DNA of 64,000 bases, taken from NCBI RefSeq assembly GCF_000315625.1, contig NW_005434605.1, positions 52,407-116,406 of the forward strand, in the 5' to 3' direction. The notes under the pieces were generated by a model. The model did not search any database. It was not told the origin of the DNA and worked only from the letters and a program-made list of their open reading frames with translations. Positions 58,397 to 64,000 of this stretch are shown here, piece by piece. The position numbers were made by a program, and so were the translations under genes. Source of the DNA: Guillardia theta CCMP2712 (Eukaryota > Protista > Cryptophyta). Position 1 is the first letter of the stretch; the number at the start of each line of letters is the position of its first letter.

Positions 58397-59008
58397 CTAC
58401 AAAGCATGAAAAAATCAGTTGCATACTCATGAAAGATTCTCCTGTTCTCAGACATCCGTACTTTCCTCACTGCTCCTTCCTCCTCTGCGGCCTGTCCATG
58501 CTGCGCGGCTGCCCTCTGACTGCTCTATCCCTGCCTACTTCCTTCCCCCTGTCTCTCCTCGCTGTGCTCCTGAGAGATCCTCGGTTGTAAGCTCCTCTCC
58601 CTCCCTCCCTCCCTCCCCGTTCCATGCTTCGTTTCTCCCTTCATTTCCTGCCATCCCATCCCTTCCCTCAGTCGTTTTTGCATCTTCCCCGCCTCTCACT
58701 TGTCCACCTACCCTACCCCTTCCTGGTCAGACAGTATGTACCCCTTAATTTCCCTTTCAAAAATGAGAATTTAGCTACCAGGGGTAGATCACCCCCACCC
58801 CACCCATACAACTCTCTCGCAATGCTCGTGGTTGGAGGCGCCGCTGATGGGACGGAGAGAAGAGGAAGGGGATGGAGATGAAGCAAGAAGACGCTCGTGC
58901 TACAGGGTGAATGGTATGAACGAAGGAGGATGAGCACGAGGAAGAGGGGAGAGCACTCGGAGGGGGCAGGCAGAGTTGCTTCTGATGTATCTTAGTTTCT
59001 GCTGCTCG

Positions 59009-60931
59009 TCAACTTGGCAGTCCTGGATGTCTGACGGTCCCCTGGTTCTCACAGCTCAGCGACATGAGTCGAACTTGACCGGATCCTTCTTGGCTCCACG
59101 ATGACCAGGCTTCTGACACCTGAAGTGCAAGTCCCATTAAGCGAAAGATTACACGCGTTGAATATATGAATGTAGATCGGAATGATGCTCGCATGCCGCT
59201 CAACGCACCTTTGCCATGCCCTCCTCTCCTACAGCTATGGCAAAAACAGCGTCGAAGCCTCCGGCTGAGTGCTGAGTCAGACCTGAGAGCAGGAGAGGGA
59301 GCATACCTCCAGGAACTCCTGCTGCGAGGACGTGAGGGATCTTGGTGGTCATGTCCAAGAGGTTTGTCTAGTGCCGACAGAGTGAGGACGAGCGAGCAAG
59401 AGCATAGGGGGACATCACCTGAGGTGGAGGCTCAAGCGGAACTCCTGCCATCTCTCCCATCTGTCTCATGGCCGCTCTCACCTCAGCCATCTCCTCCGCA
59501 AACTTCTGGATAGCATCGAGACACTCCCTGCACTCCTCGCCCGTCTGCTCCTCGGCGCCCTGCCTCATCTTGACATACAGAGAAATCGCCTTGCTGTAAG
59601 TCTCCTTGTTGCTCTTTGAGAGCGCTGTCACGTCCGAGAGAGCCTTCCCAACCTGACAACCACTGAGAACAAACCCCGCAAGGAACCAGCGAAATGCTCA
59701 CCCTTGCGTTCATCGAAATTATCCTCTTCCAGTGGTTCTGAGCTTCCTCCGTGGAGACCCTCCTAGGAAAGAATCTCAGCAACACTTCGGCATCTCCGAC
59801 AGGTCTCAACCATTTGTTGATCGCAGACACCATAGAGGGAGTCGACGAGCCTCCTCCTCTCACGTCACCCACAGCCAAGAAGAACCCGGCAGGGAGCTCC
59901 CAAGCAACCACGTTGTGATCGAAACCATCCGACTGACAGGAAGGGGTTACAAGGGATGGAGGTTGAAGCGAGTACCTTAGTGATGAGCTGACTTAGACTC
60001 TTCCGGTTGATCACGTTCTCTTCATCTTTCTTCACATCCAAGACTGAGGGCGAGAATCGGACGTATTGAATGCTTCCTACACCGTCAACTCGTCAGAGCA
60101 TTCCAGCACAACAGGAGCAGGTAACAACCGAAGACTGCTGCTGCAACATCGAAGCCACTTCCAATCTTCCCTTGAGCTATGCAATGACAATACTGTGCCA
60201 GTTTGTGCAGAGTCTCTTGACCTTGAAAACTTGGGTCCTCAGGTGAAGAATTTGGACCTGGGAGTTCCACCACATGGAAATGCTGCAGCAGTGCAGCAAC
60301 TAAGGAGGTCACGAGGGCAGCAGAACTTCCTAGACCAGTCTTCTGCACTTCAGCAGCATGCTCAGCAGCACCATCTGCTTGTCTTGCAATCTTTGGAAAC
60401 CTGGGAACTTTATCATAGTCTCCATCGATAGCATAAAAAGATTTGTCTCCATTGATCGAAATTTTGATGGGATTGAAAGTTTGCAACTGCTTCTGCTCTG
60501 CAATGAATGCAAATGTGTTCAAGACAGTTGACTCGATGTAACCGTTCCTCTTCAGACCCTCACGTTGAGAGATCGATAGGCTCTCGCCCTCCATTTTGAG
60601 CGTGTAGACGCGTGTCTCCTCCATTTGGGGGGAGTGAACAACCACTGAATTGCATGGGAACTCTTCTCCATCAGCGATGTCCAGAACTTGCGTATAAACT
60701 CTTGCCGACACTGCGGCAACGATGGCTGGATTCGGTCTTTCCAACACTACATACCCACCAGCGATCATTACCTGCAGGAAGGAAGCAGTAAGCATTCATT
60801 GTGAGCTCATGTACTAAACAATCCACAGATTCAAACAGAGTGTTGTGCTGGACTTGATCCTCCTCCTCTCCCCTCATTCCTGCACGCACCTTCCCTGGCG
60901 CCGATGCGACCGTCTCCCCCGCCGCCGCCAT
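59009..60931 (-). CDS. ERG8: Phosphomevalonate kinase, ERG8/plant GHMP type, multi-exon
   Basis: SAPGK|VMIAGGYVVLE, KTGLGSSAALVTSLVAALL, HCIAQGKIGSGFDVAAAVFG, GGSSTPSMV, AGVPLEPPPQ, AGVPG|AGGFDAVFAI. Confidence 0.93.
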
Positions 60932-61530
60932 TCTGCTTGTATGTCGTGGGGCCTTCTTTTACTCAACGATGGAGCCCGCCTCAATCTAAAGCTTGTTTTT
61001 TGAATTTTGCCCGCCCAATGGCAGGCCCCGCGGCCCGGGCCCGATCAAACTGAGCTCCGGGCCCGGGCCTCAGGGCCTCGGACAAGCCCGGCCGACTTTA
61101 TTACAGTTACACTACTACTATCTCACTGCTGAGAGTCACACGAGACGTGTACCCCTACCCCATTACCCCATGGTTTTTTAAGGGGTCATTGCTCGGCGGC
61201 GAGGTGGGTGGTAATGTACCAACTAATAGCAGTCACTTCCCTCACTAAAATCAACGAGGTGTGTTCACTAGGACAAAGTAGAAACGAACGCTGAGAGCAA
61301 CGCGCAGGATCGTCCCTGCTCCTTCTGATCGGACCTGTGCTCTCCTACCCTCTTCTTTTCTCCTTTCTCCCTCTTCCTCCGTCTTCCTCCCTCTCAACCC
61401 TCGTTGAGAGGGAGGGCTCACTTTTGCCTCCGTATTCCTTCTCGACCTCCTATCTCCTCCCTGACCATGAAGCTGTACCCTCTGCGCATGGTCACATAGC
61501 TTATGAACCCTTCTGAATTTACAGTATAGC

Positions 61531-64000
61531 ATGCTGGCTGTAGTCAGAGCCATCTTCTTCAACATCGCGCTGTGCTCATTGCTTTCAACAGATGGCAGCA
61601 GAGTTCCAGTCATAGATGTTCGCTGGCCTTCGCATCTTCTCGTCTTGAAGAGATCGGTCGCCTCTGCTGAGGTTCCGTTTCGTCTCCACCTGAGCTCAGA
61701 CGATGAGCCTCATTGTGAGGGTTGGGTGTATCGCCTGTACACGACAAGCCGGGAACCTAGCATGGAGGATGCAGTGCAGGGGGCCGGGAGCCCTGCGAGC
61801 AATGCTCACGACATATGCAGGCACTGCGAGCGGTCAGGCGATGGAGCGTACGCGTGCAAGATGAATGCAATCAATCTCACGCAAGGGCACTTGTGGTTCG
61901 GTACATACCTGGAGCACGAGGCGAGAGCTTCAGTATCGGGCGGGAGGCTGGTGGTGTGGCATGAGATGGAAGTGGTGTATGGGGCTAAGCTCAGCCTCAA
62001 GCTGCCAGCGCCAGACAGCCATCTTGTGCCCTCAGATCAAGGGGAAGTAGAGCTCACGGTCGGTTACAGCGCTGAGCTCGGGAGCAGTGAGCACGTGGTA
62101 GCATTCTACTCGGTTGAGATTTGGTTTGGGGATGCGCGGTTAGAAGCAGCGAGAGATACAAGAGAGAACGGATGGGAGTTGACAGAGCAGCTGTTGAGAG
62201 GAGAGATCATCGATCGACATAAGATCAAGGCAAGGCCTGGCTGCTACGAGCTGAGGGTCGTTTTGAGTTGTACGTATGCGTTGCCAGACGAGGACGCAGA
62301 CGAGACGTCGCATGTGGAGGAGATGATGAGGGAAGTGTGCATTGAAGGGGAGGAGCCTGAGGGGGAGGGCTGGGAAGGATCGCTCTCGCCCAAGGTGAAG
62401 CTGTTCTGTCAGGACATGGCGTGTAAGTGTGAGCTGGACGACACTTGCCGCGATGACGACTACGAATGTGAAAGCCCGACCTTTCCGGACATGCTGCAAT
62501 ACACGGAAGATGCGATGATCAACACGAACAGGTACTTGAGAGGAGACTTCTCTTTCGACCAGGTGGAGCATGCGTTCGACATGAAGGTGTTTGTGTTGAG
62601 CCTTCCTGGGAAAGAACAAAAGCGACGACACATGGAAGGCTTGCTGAAGGCAGCAGGCTTCAGGAATGTGAGCTTTCCGGCACTCACCCTCAAAGAGGAG
62701 ATCGATGTAGAAGCGTTGATCAGCTCTGGGTGGGTAACGCGGGAGGGGGTGGAGCTCATGTCGATCACGCCATGGACGATGCATGGTGCGCTGAAGCCGT
62801 ACATCGCTCGGGCGATGGACAACCTCCGGGTGTTGGAAGAAGGTCTATCAAGCGGGGCAGAGCTGATCGGAGTGTTCGAGGACGACCTGATGGTGCATGA
62901 CGACCTCCCGTCTCTCAACTTGCGGATCAAAAGAGCGCTGGAGGAGCTCCCGGCCTCGGCAGACCTGCTGTACCTGGAGTACTGCTTCGAGAAATGCAGC
63001 TCACACTGCTCGGAGCCAGGGCTCGCTCACATCAGCCGGGCACATCGGCCTCGATGTACAGGAGCGATAGTGTTCACTGCTCAGGGGGCGAGGAAGGTCC
63101 TGCACCTGTGCAAGCCCGTGTTTGCTGCTGTGGACAACATGCTTCCGATGTTGATCGAGCGGGGGCACCTGGAGGCGTACCTGCTGAGGAGACCAGGTTT
63201 CTTTCAGGTGAGGGGGGAAGGGTGCTATGCTAGCGTGACTGTATTGACGGACTTGTTGTGACGCAGGACGCTTTCTGGGGCTCAGATGTCGATCGACAGA
63301 CTCGATTTCCTCACAATCCGAGGCAGCACGCTCCGATTGCCCCAGTCTGCGAGGAAGATTGGTTCAGGCATTCCAGGTTCTCAAGTATGTACAAGTTTTA
63401 CGTGGCGTCAGTGGTAGGGAACATGACATCAGACAACTCGTACGTCGACAGTGTGTATGGGAGCGTGGATGCGGCAGTCTCAACTTGCATGCGACAGGCT
63501 GAGGGGGACGTGGTCCTGTTACCGAGAAGCTCGTATCACGTCTTCCACTCCATTCCGTCTTGCTCGCTGATGGTGGATCAGCCTCAATGTCTGCTGTCCC
63601 ACGTCGCCGACTTGGCTCCTCGAGTCGAAGTGTTTTGCGATGATCCTGTCCTGGACGGCAGGATTTCGGGGGTTTGCTCAGTTGCTGAGAGCCATGAGCG
63701 GTTCATGTTTTCGATGTGCGAGGATGCGGAAGGAACGGCTCTGATTCTTTCTCCGAGCAATGACTGCTATCGGTCACGCTCTTGTCACTTTTCTCTGCTC
63801 TCGCAGGACGTGGAAGCGGACTATCGAGCTCGGATGAGCCTGCATCGAGAGTTGAGTATCATGGTGTTCGATGACCTCGAGCGAGAGCGGCGAGAGGTGT
63901 GCTACTTGCTTTACGGGGAAGCGCTCACAGGAGAGCACCTCGAGTACCTGCGGACAAGGCTTGCGGCCGATGAGTCAGGGGGGAGGCTGAAGCAAGGCAT
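61531..64000 (+). CDS. Secretory glycosyltransferase family 25-like protein, runs off the window end
   Basis: Signal peptide MLAVVRAIFFNIALCSLLS; VFVLSLPGKEQKRRHM, IGVFEDD, ADLLYLEY, CTGAIVFTAQGARKVL, AVDNML. After a GT-AG intron near 63208-63266 the frame stays open to 64000. Confidence 0.75.

Noticed and set aside
23068-60931. PSY and phosphomevalonate kinase as an isoprenoid gene cluster
   Set aside because: 34 kb apart with unrelated genes between, and they act in different compartments and pathways (plastid carotenoid vs mevalonate).

Overview
Gene-dense eukaryotic nuclear DNA with many short (about 45-65 nt) GT-AG introns, microsatellite-filled longer introns and one 112-N assembly gap. 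A phytoene synthase with a bipartite signal + ASA-W leader and an axonemal dynein point to a flagellate alga with a complex red-derived plastid. The style fits a cryptophyte such as Guillardia theta (inference, not verified). About 19 genes could be reconstructed by hand: CaMK/CDPK-type kinase, two signal-peptide/LRLRG/ankyrin proteins, a receptor kinase-guanylyl cyclase, a secretory GT41 (OGT-like) enzyme, DCTPP1, a torsin-like ATPase, a PH-DnaJ fusion, a TPR protein, an EF-hand-phytoene synthase, TMEM147, a SINA-type RING protein, an Sfi1-like protein, an aminotransferase 3' fragment, INTS7, a divergent dynein heavy chain, SWI3/SMARCC, phosphomevalonate kinase and a GT25-like enzyme. No rRNA, tRNA, CRISPR or recognisable transposase was seen. 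Best leads: (1) leader peptides ending in the ubiquitin C-terminal motif LRLRGG on ankyrin proteins with basic tails; (2) a calmodulin-like module fused to phytoene synthase; (3) a full-length dynein with a dead AAA1 site; (4) an animal-like receptor guanylyl cyclase whose kinase domain looks active; (5) a family of palindromic GC-rich intergenic islands. All exon models are manual and need RNA-seq confirmation.
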